Shown in pieces: positions 53,431-63,548 of a stretch of DNA of 64,000 nt. The notes below the pieces were generated by a model. The model did no database searches. It saw only the letters and a list, made by a program, of their open reading frames with translations, and was not told the origin of the DNA. Source of the stretch: an uncultured Candidatus Saccharibacteria bacterium (GTDB lineage: Bacteria; Patescibacteriota; Minisyncoccia; Phycocordibacterales; UBA6899); contig CAYXYK010000002.1 of NCBI GenBank assembly GCA_964469335.1, forward strand, positions 16,660 through 80,659, given 5' to 3'. Each line of letters opens with the position of its first letter. Within the stretch, counting starts at the first letter, position 1. Both the position numbers and the translations under genes were made by a program.

Positions 53431-56400
53431 CTATTTCTTCATGCTCTTGAATTCACCCGGCCATCGGTAGAAGAACACGGGGACGAATACGAGCGTGAGT
53501 ACCATCGCAAAGGTCAGTCCGAACATGATCGCGAACGCGAGCGGACCCCAGAGCGGCGACGCGGTGGTCAGCGGTATCATGCCGATGACCGTAGTGATGG
53601 TCGTGAGTACGATGGGGCGAAGGCGCACCGCTGATGCTTCGACGATCGAATCCTTGAGCGATCGTTTATTCTCCGGATTTCGAAGGATGCGCAGCATTGA
53701 ATCGAGGAGGATGATCGCGTGGTTGATGATCACACCGGCGAGGGCAATGACTCCGAGCATGGAAGAGAAGGATAGTGCTTGCCCTGACAACGCGAGCCCA
53801 AGGAACACCCCTATGAGTGAGAGCGGGATGATGAGAATCAAGTAGAGAGGGAAGCGAAGGGAGTTGAATTCAAGGACGAGGATTGCGAACGCGAGGATCA
53901 TTCCCGCGAGCAGCGCATATCCCATCTCGCTGAATGTCTTATTCACATCTTCGTTCTCTCCTCCGTATTTCACTTCGACACTATTCGGAATTCCTGCCTC
54001 CGCGATACGTTTCTTGAAGATATTGGTGATTTCTACAGCGGTGACATCAGGTCGAATTTGCGCCGTCGCAGATACCGTACGCTTTCGGTCTTCGTGGCTG
54101 ATTGAAGCGCGACTTTCACTTACCGACGTATTCACGAGTGATCCCATTAGTACTGTTCCCGAAGGAGTAGCGAGCGGGATCTGTCTGATGCTGTCGATGG
54201 TGGTCTTGATCGTATCCTCTGGGTTCACAAAGTTTGGATTGAGGTTCATCTTCACGACGATGTCAATGTCTTTCTGGTTCTTTTTTATCGTCGTTGCAAT
54301 TGAACCTGAGACTGCGGTGCGGAGCGTCTGAGCGACCGCAGCCGCTGAAAGGCCGACTTGAGAAGCTTTGTCGCGGTCGATGGCGATCTCGAACTGCGTA
54401 CCGTCGTCTCGAAGTGAAGTGCGGACATCAAGTGTACCGGGAATGTCTTTGAGGAGCTTCTCTGCTTTGTCTGCGGCAATACCGAGATCATTGAGATCGT
54501 CACCGACGAACTTCATTTCAACCGGTGCACCAGACGGAGGGCCGTTCGAAGCCTGCTCGACATGGATGTCTGCGTCAGTGATTGGGGCGAGTTCTTTGCG
54601 AAGCTCCTCCATGACCTCGGTCGAAGTCTTTGTGCGATCTTTTTTAAGAATAACGGTGATGTTCGCAAGCTTCGAACCGTTACTCGGACCGGTGTTACTG
54701 AACGCCGAACTTCCACCTACGGTGGTGACGAATGATTCGATGTTGGGGTTGCCGTAGAGCATCTCCTCCACTTCGCGGGTCGCCAGGTCCGTCACTGCAA
54801 GGACGGTGCCTTGCGGTTTTTCGATCTGTATATAAACGAAATCTTGGTCTCCGCTGGGGAAGAATGACACCTTCACCAGTCCGACAACGGGGAGTGCGAC
54901 CGCAGCAACGAAACCGAGGAACATCACCGAAATGAATATGTTCTGCGATCTTCGTGAGTCGAGGATCCCGCCGAGAAATGATTTATACCAAGCCTTTGCT
55001 TTTTCGAAGTACTCCTCTTGCATGTCCTCGAACTTGTTCTTATGTTCCTTCGTAAGTACGAGCGCAAGCAAGGGTACCATGCCGAGTGCGACCCATAGCG
55101 AAGCGATGAGCACAAAGATCAGCGTGAAGGGGATAGATGCGATGAATTTCCCTACGATCCCGGAAAGGAAGAAGAGCGGTGCAAAGAAAACGACTGTCGC
55201 CATCGTTCCTGCGATGAGTGGCCACGAATATTCATGTATCGATGCGACCGCTGCGTTTTCGGCGCCGCCATATGGCTTGATACGCGCATGGATGGCTTCC
55301 GTCACCACGATACCTGAGTCGACGAGGATACCTATCGCCAAAATGAGTGAGAACAGCGAAAGGAAGTTGATGGTGTTCCCCGATGCATACAGTCCGATAA
55401 ATGCGATGACAAAGGAAAGCGGGATCGAAAGTGCAGCAACGACCGATTCACGCCAGCCGATGGTAAGGAATAGTGTGAGAATGACCAGTCCGACCGTTTC
55501 GAGTCCGACTCTCGTCAGTTCTCGAAGGTCCTTGGTAACGAGCGCACCACGGTCGAATGAAACGACGACGTTTGCACCCACCAGTTTGGTCTTCTTGAGT
55601 TCGTCGATCCGATCGACCACTGCTTTCGCTATTTGGGTGACATCCCCGCCAGATTTCTTGTATGCATAGAGGGTGATCGCCTGTGACGAAGGCTCACTTG
55701 CGATACTCACGCGGGAATATGCGCGAGGCATCTCGAGCCCATCGGCGATGAATGCGACATCGCTGAGATAGACCGGAACTCCATTCTGGGTAGTGATCTG
55801 GATCTCAGGGACTTGCGACGGCTCATCTATTGAGCCGGAGAACTTGATCGGATAGTTGATATCCGCAACAGTGATATTGCCGATAGGGAACGAGGCATTA
55901 CCCGCGGAAAGAGCAGCCACCACCTGGTCGACGCGGAGACCGTACTTTTCGAGTGACTCCTTTTTGACTACTACCTGAATTTCATTCGCACGTGTGCCGC
56001 TTACAGTGACCTTCGAGACACCTTTGATCTTCTTGATCTCATCTTTGATGTCGTCTCCGAGTTTCGCGAGTGCTCCTTCTGGCGCATCAACGGAAATAGA
56101 GGCGATGATAATCGGCTGATCGGCGAAATTGACGCGGGATACATTCGGCTCGTCCGCTTCCTTCGGGAGTTCAGCCTTCGCTCGGTCGACTGCATCCTTG
56201 AGATCTTGGATGGATTTATCGATGTCAGCGCTTGCGATGAATTGTGCAGTGACCACTGAAACACCTTCAAGCGACGTCGAAGTGACCTTATCGATGTTCT
56301 CGATATTGGCGACCTCGTCTTCGATCTTGTTGGTAATGAGTTTTTCTGTGTCTTCAGCTGAGGCGCCGCGGAGTGTCGTCGAGACGACTCCGATAGGAAC

Positions 56401-56526
56401 GACCACTTCAGGAGTCGATTCTTTCGGGATGGAAGCAAGCGAGAAAAGACCACTGACAATGAGTGAGAACATCAGAAGATACGTGAATGAACGTTTTTTG
56501 AGGAAGAATAGCCAGAGGTCGTGCAT
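53431..56526 (-). CDS. RND-family efflux transporter permease (AcrB-like).
   Basis: ~1030 aa, twelve TM helices with two large periplasmic loops, typical RND topology. Confidence 0.85.
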   Translation of the reverse strand: MHDLWLFFLKKRSFTYLLMFSLIVSGLFSLASIPKESTPEVVVPIGVVSTTLRGASAEDTEKLITNKIEDEVANIENIDKVTSTSLEGVSVVTAQFIASADIDKSIQDLKDAVDRAKAELPKEADEPNVSRVNFADQPIIIASISVDAPEGALAKLGDDIKDEIKKIKGVSKVTVSGTRANEIQVVVKKESLEKYGLRVDQVVAALSAGNASFPIGNITVADINYPIKFSGSIDEPSQVPEIQITTQNGVPVYLSDVAFIADGLEMPRAYSRVSIASEPSSQAITLYAYKKSGGDVTQIAKAVVDRIDELKKTKLVGANVVVSFDRGALVTKDLRELTRVGLETVGLVILTLFLTIGWRESVVAALSIPLSFVIAFIGLYASGNTINFLSLFSLILAIGILVDSGIVVTEAIHARIKPYGGAENAAVASIHEYSWPLIAGTMATVVFFAPLFFLSGIVGKFIASIPFTLIFVLIASLWVALGMVPLLALVLTKEHKNKFEDMQEEYFEKAKAWYKSFLGGILDSRRSQNIFISVMFLGFVAAVALPVVGLVKVSFFPSGDQDFVYIQIEKPQGTVLAVTDLATREVEEMLYGNPNIESFVTTVGGSSAFSNTGPSNGSKLANITVILKKDRTKTSTEVMEELRKELAPITDADIHVEQASNGPPSGAPVEMKFVGDDLNDLGIAADKAEKLLKDIPGTLDVRTSLRDDGTQFEIAIDRDKASQVGLSAAAVAQTLRTAVSGSIATTIKKNQKDIDIVVKMNLNPNFVNPEDTIKTTIDSIRQIPLATPSGTVLMGSLVNTSVSESRASISHEDRKRTVSATAQIRPDVTAVEITNIFKKRIAEAGIPNSVEVKYGGENEDVNKTFSEMGYALLAGMILAFAILVLEFNSLRFPLYLILIIPLSLIGVFLGLALSGQALSFSSMLGVIALAGVIINHAIILLDSMLRILRNPENKRSLKDSIVEASAVRLRPIVLTTITTVIGMIPLTTASPLWGPLAFAIMFGLTFAMVLTLVFVPVFFYRWPGEFKSMKK

Positions 56527-56537
56527 AGTGGTCTTGG

Positions 56538-58124
56538 TTATTTGGTTACCGTTACGGCGTTCCCATCCTTCCAACCTCGTGCGTCAGTGACGATCATCAT
56601 GTCAGGAGTGAGTCCTTCAGTGATGATGATCTGATCACCGAGTAGCGTTCCTTCTTTGACAGAGTGCGCTACAAGGGTGCTTGAAGCACTGACAGTGAAT
56701 ACGACCGCACCGGTCGGTGTGATCTTGAGCGCAGAAAGAGGGATCTGCAGTACCGTCGCCTTCTTTCCGGGTATCGCCACGGAGCGTGCAGCCGCGATGC
56801 GCACAGTCTGTCCATTGATGAGCGCACTCTGATCACCGGTGATTCCGATGCGTACCTCGATCTTCTTCGTCTTAGGATCGAGCGCTGATGCGATCCTGGT
56901 GATCACGCCTGCCGTGGTGTCATTCATGGTGACCTTACTGCCTACTTTGAGCACCCTTGCGTCCTCTTCGGTCGCATACGCGATCACTTCAAGCGCTCCA
57001 TTGTTCGAGACCACGGCGATGTCGCCGAACGGGGGAACGAAGTCTCCCGACTCTACTGAAAGTGAGTTGATGGTCCCTCCGATCGGACTTCGGATGATGG
57101 TCTTCTCAAGACGTACTTGTGCCGCGTTGAGTGCGCCGAGTGCAGCTTTGACATTCGCGTCGGCAGAAGCAGTACTCCCTTGGCTGGTTTGTGTGAGGTT
57201 GTTCACCGCGACAAGACTTGCTGCGATGCTTGCGTTGAGTGCGCTTCGTGCACCGCCTATTGATGAAAGAGTACCGGAAACACCCGAGCGTGCGAGACCG
57301 TTCTGGGCCTTAAATCCGTCGACTGTCGCTTGTGGAACAGAAGCGTCAGGGATCGCTCTGCTGTATGCGAGGGCGAGATCATCAAGAAAGTCTTTCACCG
57401 TCAGAGTGTCCGATTCGACGGCATTCAATTCAGTTATCAGGTCACTGTCGATCGTGAGTGTCCTGTTCTTTGCTTCGCGTTCCTTGAGCATGACCTCAAT
57501 AGCACCACGTTCCTGGGGAATCGCGATCGAGAGTTTCGAATCGTTGGTATTCACGATGAACTGCGGGTCTCGAGTTTGCGGATTGCGAAAGGCCCCGTCT
57601 GATTTGACTCGTACCGCATCATCAAGTGCGACATAAGCTGCATTGATCGCGTTGAGGGCAGATGTTTTCGAGCTCTCGAGAGAGAGTTCTGCCGATCCAC
57701 TGGTGATAGCGGCGGTATTCGAGGAAAGCGCAGCAGTGCCTTGTCCGGCCTTTGCTGCCTCATATGCCCCTTGTGCGGAAAGTACTCCCGCACGTTCCGC
57801 TCCGTTATCGAACTCCGCGATCACCTCGCCTGCGGAGACGTAATCACCGAGTTTTTTGTAGACAGCAGCCAACTTTCCGGATGACTCCGCCTTTATGTTC
57901 GCCTCACTGCGAGAAGTGACCGTTCCAAGTAGAGGAAGGGGAGAGGTATTGAGTGAAAGATCCCCGACTGAAGCGAGGGTTACCGCACGATCGGCTGGGA
58001 CCACATCTTCCGCGACATCGGCATTGCCGTTCTTGAGTCGAAGTCCGACGATGATCACCGCTGCGATGATGAGTGCGTAAACGATCTTTTTTGTGAGTGA
58101 CATATTACTGAGAGATGCGAACAT
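56538..58124 (-). CDS. RND efflux periplasmic adaptor (membrane fusion protein, HlyD-like).
   Basis: N-terminal TM, long coiled-coil hairpin, beta-barrel/lipoyl motifs. 11 nt upstream of the RND gene. Confidence 0.75.
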   Translation of the reverse strand: MFASLSNMSLTKKIVYALIIAAVIIVGLRLKNGNADVAEDVVPADRAVTLASVGDLSLNTSPLPLLGTVTSRSEANIKAESSGKLAAVYKKLGDYVSAGEVIAEFDNGAERAGVLSAQGAYEAAKAGQGTAALSSNTAAITSGSAELSLESSKTSALNAINAAYVALDDAVRVKSDGAFRNPQTRDPQFIVNTNDSKLSIAIPQERGAIEVMLKEREAKNRTLTIDSDLITELNAVESDTLTVKDFLDDLALAYSRAIPDASVPQATVDGFKAQNGLARSGVSGTLSSIGGARSALNASIAASLVAVNNLTQTSQGSTASADANVKAALGALNAAQVRLEKTIIRSPIGGTINSLSVESGDFVPPFGDIAVVSNNGALEVIAYATEEDARVLKVGSKVTMNDTTAGVITRIASALDPKTKKIEVRIGITGDQSALINGQTVRIAAARSVAIPGKKATVLQIPLSALKITPTGAVVFTVSASSTLVAHSVKEGTLLGDQIIITEGLTPDMMIVTDARGWKDGNAVTVTK

Positions 58125-58137
58125 GATAATGGAATGA

Positions 58138-58593
58138 TTAGTTGATTAACGTCGTAAGTACGGAGTCGAATGTTTGGCTGATCTTTGCTCTGTCCTTTTC
58201 CGGCACTACTGCGAAGATCTCTTTCAATTCCTTTTCGATGACTGCATGCGCCTTCTTGAATGCTGTGCTTCCTTTCGCTGTCATCGTGAGGGTGTGTTTT
58301 CGGCGGTTCCCGATCACTTCTTTCTTTTGCAAAAGACCGTCTCGGGCCATCGTCGTGATATGCCTTGAGACAGTGGCTTCGGTAAGGTGAAGAAAATTGG
58401 CTGCGTCGGACTGCGAAACATCATTCCCGCAATTGAGCGGGAGGAATATCAGGAATTGGGAGAACGTGATGCCATTGTCTTCTGCAAGGCGTTGCTCAAG
58501 TCGTTTTTCAATAAGGAAATAGGTCTCATGCAGGCTATACATGAAACTCTTCGACCAATCGAGGTCTTTACGCTGATGGGCGAACATATTCAA
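58138..58593 (-). CDS. MarR-family transcriptional regulator.
   Basis: Winged helix DAANFLHLTEATVSRHITTMARDGLLQKKEVIGNRRKHTLTMTAKG. Confidence 0.8.
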   Translation of the reverse strand: MNMFAHQRKDLDWSKSFMYSLHETYFLIEKRLEQRLAEDNGITFSQFLIFLPLNCGNDVSQSDAANFLHLTEATVSRHITTMARDGLLQKKEVIGNRRKHTLTMTAKGSTAFKKAHAVIEKELKEIFAVVPEKDRAKISQTFDSVLTTLIN

Positions 58594-58618
58594 ATCTTAG
58601 CAAACTAAGTATGAAGGG

Positions 58619-60022
58619 TCAATGAGGGTGAGAATTCGTCAGTTCTTGCCCGTTCGGTCCGTCTTTTACGTCATAACCGAGTTTCTTGAGTTCATCTCGG
58701 AGTCGGTCTGATTCTCCCCAGTCTTTCTGTTCCCGAGCTGAGCGTCTCGCATCGAGCAGCTCTTCCGCTTCACGAGAAATCGGGGAGTGTCTTTTCTTCG
58801 TTATCTTCTCCAGACCAAGACCGAGAATGCTACTTACAAATAGGAGTGTCGCACGTTTGTCTTTTTCTTCGATCGACTCGTCTTTGAGCAGTGTCCAAAG
58901 CAGTGCGATCGCACTCGCGGTATTGAGATCGTCATCAAGCGCCTCCATGATCTTCGTACGATATTCATCAGATGGCGTACCGCTCGCATCATCATGTTCG
59001 ATCACATAGTTCGTCAGGCGGTTGTATGCCGACTGTGCTCCGGCAAGTGCCTCCCAAGTGAAATTCACCTGTGTGCGATAGTGTGCAGTGAGGAGCCAGT
59101 AGCGGAAAGCAAGTGGAGGAACTCCGCGCTCGTGAAGGTCGGAAAGTCGAAAGCCGTTCCCGAGTGATTTCGAGATCTTCTCTCCATTCACGTTCATGAA
59201 CGCCGTGTGCAGCCAGAAACGAGCGAGCGGCACGCCGTTCGCGCACATACTTTGCGCGATCTCGTTGGTGTGATGGACCGGGATGTGGTCGATACCACCA
59301 GTGTGGATATCAATGGTATCACCGAGTAATGTTTTCACGATAGCGGAGCATTCGATATGCCAGCCGGGAAAACCTTTCTTTGGAATATGAAGGGGGGAAT
59401 CCCATTCTTGCTCACGCTTCTTTCCATCCTCCGGAGAGAATTTCCAAAGAGCGAAATCGGTCGGGTTCATCTTTTCGCCCATGTCGACGCGAAGTCCTGC
59501 TTTCATGCCCACTACGTCGAGATGCGCGAAATCGGCGTACTGATGGAATCGTGCAGTGTCGAAATAGATGCCATCGGAGGTGAGATAGGTGTATCCTTTT
59601 TTTGCTAATGTTTCGATCATTGCTTTCTGTTCCTCGATATAGTGGGTTGCGCGTGGATACGCCATGGCGGGGAGAATATCGAGCCGTGCGAGATCACCGT
59701 AAAATGCATCAGAGTATAGTGCGATGATCTCTTCGACGCTTTTTCCTTCACGGCGGGCTCCAACCTCGATCTTATCGTCACCTTCATCTTGATCGGAAAC
59801 CAAATGACCCACATCCGTGATGTTTACGACCTGGGCGACTTCGTAACCGTGTGTGGCAAGTGTTCTTCGGAGAATATCTGCGAACACATATGCGCGCAGA
59901 TTCCCGACGTGGACATAGTTGTAGACGGTCGGACCGCAGTTATACATCGTCACTTTCGGTGCTGCGATAGGGGAGAATTCTTCAAGACTACGGGTCAGGG
60001 TGTTGTATAACTTGAGTGCCAT
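58619..60022 (-). CDS. cysS: Cysteinyl-tRNA synthetase.
   Basis: HVGN (HIGH-type) near the N-terminus, KISKSLGN (KMSKS). Confidence 0.9.
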   Translation of the reverse strand: MALKLYNTLTRSLEEFSPIAAPKVTMYNCGPTVYNYVHVGNLRAYVFADILRRTLATHGYEVAQVVNITDVGHLVSDQDEGDDKIEVGARREGKSVEEIIALYSDAFYGDLARLDILPAMAYPRATHYIEEQKAMIETLAKKGYTYLTSDGIYFDTARFHQYADFAHLDVVGMKAGLRVDMGEKMNPTDFALWKFSPEDGKKREQEWDSPLHIPKKGFPGWHIECSAIVKTLLGDTIDIHTGGIDHIPVHHTNEIAQSMCANGVPLARFWLHTAFMNVNGEKISKSLGNGFRLSDLHERGVPPLAFRYWLLTAHYRTQVNFTWEALAGAQSAYNRLTNYVIEHDDASGTPSDEYRTKIMEALDDDLNTASAIALLWTLLKDESIEEKDKRATLLFVSSILGLGLEKITKKRHSPISREAEELLDARRSAREQKDWGESDRLRDELKKLGYDVKDGPNGQELTNSHPH

Positions 60023-60185
60023 ATTCGTATTTTCCCATTATACACAAAAACCCTTTTTCCTCCCTAGAAAATAAAGAAATGAGCAAAATTTGAGGCACGG
60101 GTAAGTCGACGAAGGAGCCATACTCAATGTATGGTGACGAGTCGACTGGGACCCGTAACGAAAAAGTTTGCCATTTATGTATTTT

Positions 60186-61208
60186 CTAGAGCCATTTGCG
60201 ACCGCGGAAGAAAAGAAATGCAATGATCATGATGGTCACCATCATTCCGATCACCACCCACCACCCACCCGGCTGTTTGATGAGTGGGATATAGGGGGTA
60301 TTCATGCTGAATATCTGCGAAAGCAGCGTTGCAGGTAGGATCGAGAACGAGGTAATGGTGAGTACCTTCATGATCTCATTGGTTTTGGTTGTGAGGAGCG
60401 AATCATTGGTCACCCGCAAGTCAGAAAGTATCTCGCGCTGGTCTTCAAGGAGTTCTTCTACTTTATAGTATTCGCCGACGATATTGTCGGTGTAGTGACG
60501 GAAATCACGTCCATAGAATTCTTCGCAGGCGATACCGAGTGAGGTCAGCACCGGTTTATGAAGACGTAAGGCACGGTGGAATGCCAAGAGGTCGCGATGG
60601 ATGTTCGAGAGTGTTTCTACCATTGCACGCTCTTCACCTCCGAAGATCCGATCTTCGACATCCTTGAGGCTTTCCGCGATGATTGAAAGCTCGTGTTGTA
60701 GTGACGAGTAGATCTTTCGGATCATGTAGAAGAACAGATAACCTGCATGTTCGCCGATGTCGCTCTTGTCGAGGATGGAATTCACCTCGAATACTTTCGA
60801 GAATTTATGAAGCGGGTCAAGTAGTTCATATCGTACGGTGATGATGAACTTCTTTCCTATGATGAAGTCGACTTCCTGTGTCGCATTGGAGTGTGAGTGA
60901 CGGATAGCGGGGAAGTGAAGGATCAGGTATATGAAGTTCTCGTAGTGATCGACCTTCGGACGAAGCGACGGAGTAAGTAGCTCGTCTGCAACGATAGGAT
61001 GAATGTCATATTCCTCCATGAGCGAACGGATCTCCTCATGCGAGGGTCGCTCGCAGTCGATCCATGTCAGGTCACGATACTTATTTCTAGAGATCATCCC
61101 TTTTATTATACGAGGAAGAGAAGGTAATTGCCATAGTTCGAACTCGATGAACAGCGAGCTTGTCTCTAATTTGTAAATTCGATTTAACTTTGAGATAATG
61201 TCTGTCAT
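60186..61208 (-). CDS. corA: CorA-family magnesium/cobalt transporter.
   Basis: C-terminal two TM helices with an SMN (GMN-variant) loop; N-terminal cytoplasmic funnel domain. Start taken at MTDIISKL (ATG 61208). Confidence 0.75.
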   Translation of the reverse strand: MTDIISKLNRIYKLETSSLFIEFELWQLPSLPRIIKGMISRNKYRDLTWIDCERPSHEEIRSLMEEYDIHPIVADELLTPSLRPKVDHYENFIYLILHFPAIRHSHSNATQEVDFIIGKKFIITVRYELLDPLHKFSKVFEVNSILDKSDIGEHAGYLFFYMIRKIYSSLQHELSIIAESLKDVEDRIFGGEERAMVETLSNIHRDLLAFHRALRLHKPVLTSLGIACEEFYGRDFRHYTDNIVGEYYKVEELLEDQREILSDLRVTNDSLLTTKTNEIMKVLTITSFSILPATLLSQIFSMNTPYIPLIKQPGGWWVVIGMMVTIMIIAFLFFRGRKWL

Positions 61209-62568
61209 GAAAACACTCCTCCGGACTCCGCAGCAAGCGGTCGCCCTCATCGTGATCGGCGCCGCACTTTTTCTTTCGGGTCTCTACATCGGAGAGCGAA
61301 AGGCACCCGAGGCTTCGAAAGCTGTCGGTGTCATACACACTGAGTCTCCGACATCTCCGGCGAAAGCGACCAGCTCTGAGATCGAGACATGCATCGATGC
61401 GAAAGGTGCTGAGGTTCCTTGTATCTTGAAGCGTGACGGAGTGGCGTCGAAAGGTGAAGATGCGGCGGACTTCGAGCAATTCTGGAAAGCGTGGAACATC
61501 ATCAATGAAAAATATGTCCCTACCAAACACAAGGCAGTCTCGAATCAGGAGAAAGTCTGGGGAGCCATCGGCGGTCTAGCGAATTCACTCGGCGACCCGT
61601 ACACCTATTTCATGCCTCCGCAGGAGAAATCACTCTTCGAACAGGACGTCCGCGGCTCATTCGGCGGAGTCGGCATGCAGATCGGGGTAAAGGATGGGGT
61701 CCTTACTGTCATTGCTCCGCTCAAGGGTTCTCCGGCTGAACGTGCAGGGATATTGAAAGGGGACAAGATCTATCGTATCGACAGTGCGACGACGACGAAT
61801 ATGGATGTCGACAAAGCGCTGTATCTCATCCGTGGCGAAGTAGGGAAGGCAGTGCATCTCACGCTCATTCGTGAAGGCGCAAAAGCGCCGATAGAGGTTT
61901 CCGTCGTGCGTGAGGTGATCGCAGTTCCTACCATCGACACCGAGAAGAAGGGTGATGTCTTCGTCATCCATCTTTATGGTTTCCCAGCGACCGGCGCTGA
62001 TCTGTTCCGCAATGCGCTTCGTGAGTTCGTGCAATCAGGTTCGAATAAACTCGTACTCGACCTGCGCGGGAATCCGGGAGGGTACCTCGAAGTCGCCGTC
62101 GACATGGCGAGCTGGTTCCTCCCACAGGGAAGTGTGGTCGTTTCTGAAGAAGAAAAGACCGGAGTCGGACAGGTCTACCGCTCGAAGGGATACAACGTGT
62201 TCGGAGAGAAGTTCCATTTCGTAATTCTTATGGACGGAGGCTCAGCTTCGGCAGCAGAGATCCTTGCGGGAGCACTTTCGCAGCACGGGATCGCGACTCT
62301 CGTTGGTACGAAGTCATTCGGTAAGGGCTCTGTTCAGGAACTTGTTCCGATCACTGACGACACTTCGCTCAAGATCACTATTGCCCGCTGGATCACTCCG
62401 AATGGAACCAATCTCTCAGCAGGAGGACTCGAACCTGACGTAAAGGTTGACTACACGAAAGAAGACCAGGAGGCGGGGAGGGACCCGCAGCTCGATAAAG
62501 CGATCGAGCTCTTGCATAGCGGCAAGTTTCCGAAAGCAGGCGACGCAACAACTACGCCAGTAAAATAA
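61198..62568 (+). CDS. ctpA: Carboxyl-terminal processing protease (S41, CtpA/Prc-like).
   Basis: PDZ domain, GNPGGYL, catalytic region TKSFGKGSVQ; N-terminal signal-anchor. Confidence 0.85.
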   Translation: MSVMKTLLRTPQQAVALIVIGAALFLSGLYIGERKAPEASKAVGVIHTESPTSPAKATSSEIETCIDAKGAEVPCILKRDGVASKGEDAADFEQFWKAWNIINEKYVPTKHKAVSNQEKVWGAIGGLANSLGDPYTYFMPPQEKSLFEQDVRGSFGGVGMQIGVKDGVLTVIAPLKGSPAERAGILKGDKIYRIDSATTTNMDVDKALYLIRGEVGKAVHLTLIREGAKAPIEVSVVREVIAVPTIDTEKKGDVFVIHLYGFPATGADLFRNALREFVQSGSNKLVLDLRGNPGGYLEVAVDMASWFLPQGSVVVSEEEKTGVGQVYRSKGYNVFGEKFHFVILMDGGSASAAEILAGALSQHGIATLVGTKSFGKGSVQELVPITDDTSLKITIARWITPNGTNLSAGGLEPDVKVDYTKEDQEAGRDPQLDKAIELLHSGKFPKAGDATTTPVK

Positions 62569-62785
62569 CCCCTGCTTTGTCGTAAGGCACGGGAGTTATG
62601 GACCCTGCAACTTGGTTGATGTGCCACAAGGTGCGTCTTCCTCGTTGTTACTCCGCACTGCCATTGGAGGCAATTTTAACTGGCACGCCAAAAATGTGCT
62701 TGACGGTTTTCATGCACTGATTACTATGAATAACGCTACCCCTCGCGGGGAAGAGCATCGTTCTTTCCGCATTCTTCCACCAACC

Positions 62786-62817
62786 GGGGCTACCAAAGGA
62801 GGGGCCCCTTTTTTTTT
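62786..62817 (+). terminator. Strong intrinsic terminator 220 nt downstream of ctpA.
   Basis: ccggggc-taccaaaggaggg-gcccc followed by T9. Confidence 0.6.
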
Positions 62818-62835
62818 GTTCAAAAATCCTCGGGA

Positions 62836-62863
62836 TTGCCATTTTTATGAAAATCCGTATACT
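62836..62863 (+). promoter_or_regulatory. Promoter TTGCCA-N16-TATACT upstream of rplI.
   Basis: Hexamers at 62836-62841 and 62858-62863. Confidence 0.45.
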
Positions 62864-62948
62864 GAGCCTCACATCTTTTACCGTGGAATCCCTTAGATTC
62901 CAAGGATGTCTTGTACGAACTAAATGCGTACATATTAACAAAAACGAT

Positions 62949-63392
62949 ATGCAAGTTATCTTATTGTCGGACGTGAAGAACGTCGGAAAGAAGTATGAAT
63001 TGGTTGACGTTGCTCCTGGCTATGCCCGCAACTTCCTTTTTGCCCGCGGTCTCGGTGAGGCAGTCACTCGCTCGAATGCGAAGCGCGTTGCTGATCTCTC
63101 AAAGAAACGTGAAGTAGAGGCGAAGAAGCAGCAGGATATCCTCGAGAAGGCACTCGTTGGTGTCTCCGACACCGTCGTCATGCTCAAGCGCGCTGCCAAC
63201 GAAGAGGGTCACCTCTATGCCGGAGTCACGCAGCATGACCTCGCTGAGGCGCTCGCAAAGGCTATTGGTGCAGCGATCGAGTCAGCACACATCGATCTCG
63301 AGAAGCCTCTTAAGCAGCTTGGTGAGTTTGAGGTTGCTGCGAAGGTTGGCGAAAAAACCGCAAAATTCAAAGTGGTAATTGAGGCTGAATAG
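62949..63392 (+). CDS. rplI: 50S ribosomal protein L9.
   Basis: MQVILLSDVKNVGKKYELVDVAPGYARNFLFARGLGEAV N-domain, C-terminal domain; start at ATG 62949. Confidence 0.9.
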   Translation: MQVILLSDVKNVGKKYELVDVAPGYARNFLFARGLGEAVTRSNAKRVADLSKKREVEAKKQQDILEKALVGVSDTVVMLKRAANEEGHLYAGVTQHDLAEALAKAIGAAIESAHIDLEKPLKQLGEFEVAAKVGEKTAKFKVVIEAE

Positions 63393-63416
63393 CATCAATC
63401 GAATCAATCTAACAAA

Positions 63417-63447
63417 ATCACCTGCAGAAGCAGGTGATTTTTTGTTT
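63417..63447 (+). terminator. Intrinsic terminator after rplI.
   Basis: aaatcacctgc-agaa-gcaggtgattt followed by TTTTGTTTT. Confidence 0.7.
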
Positions 63448-63548
63448 TAAGGAGAAAATCTGGGTATCATGATGGAATGAGCCATGAAAGACTTACCATA
63501 ACGTCACTCGAGGTCCCGTTACGTCAATTCGTTGAAGGTGATCCCGAC

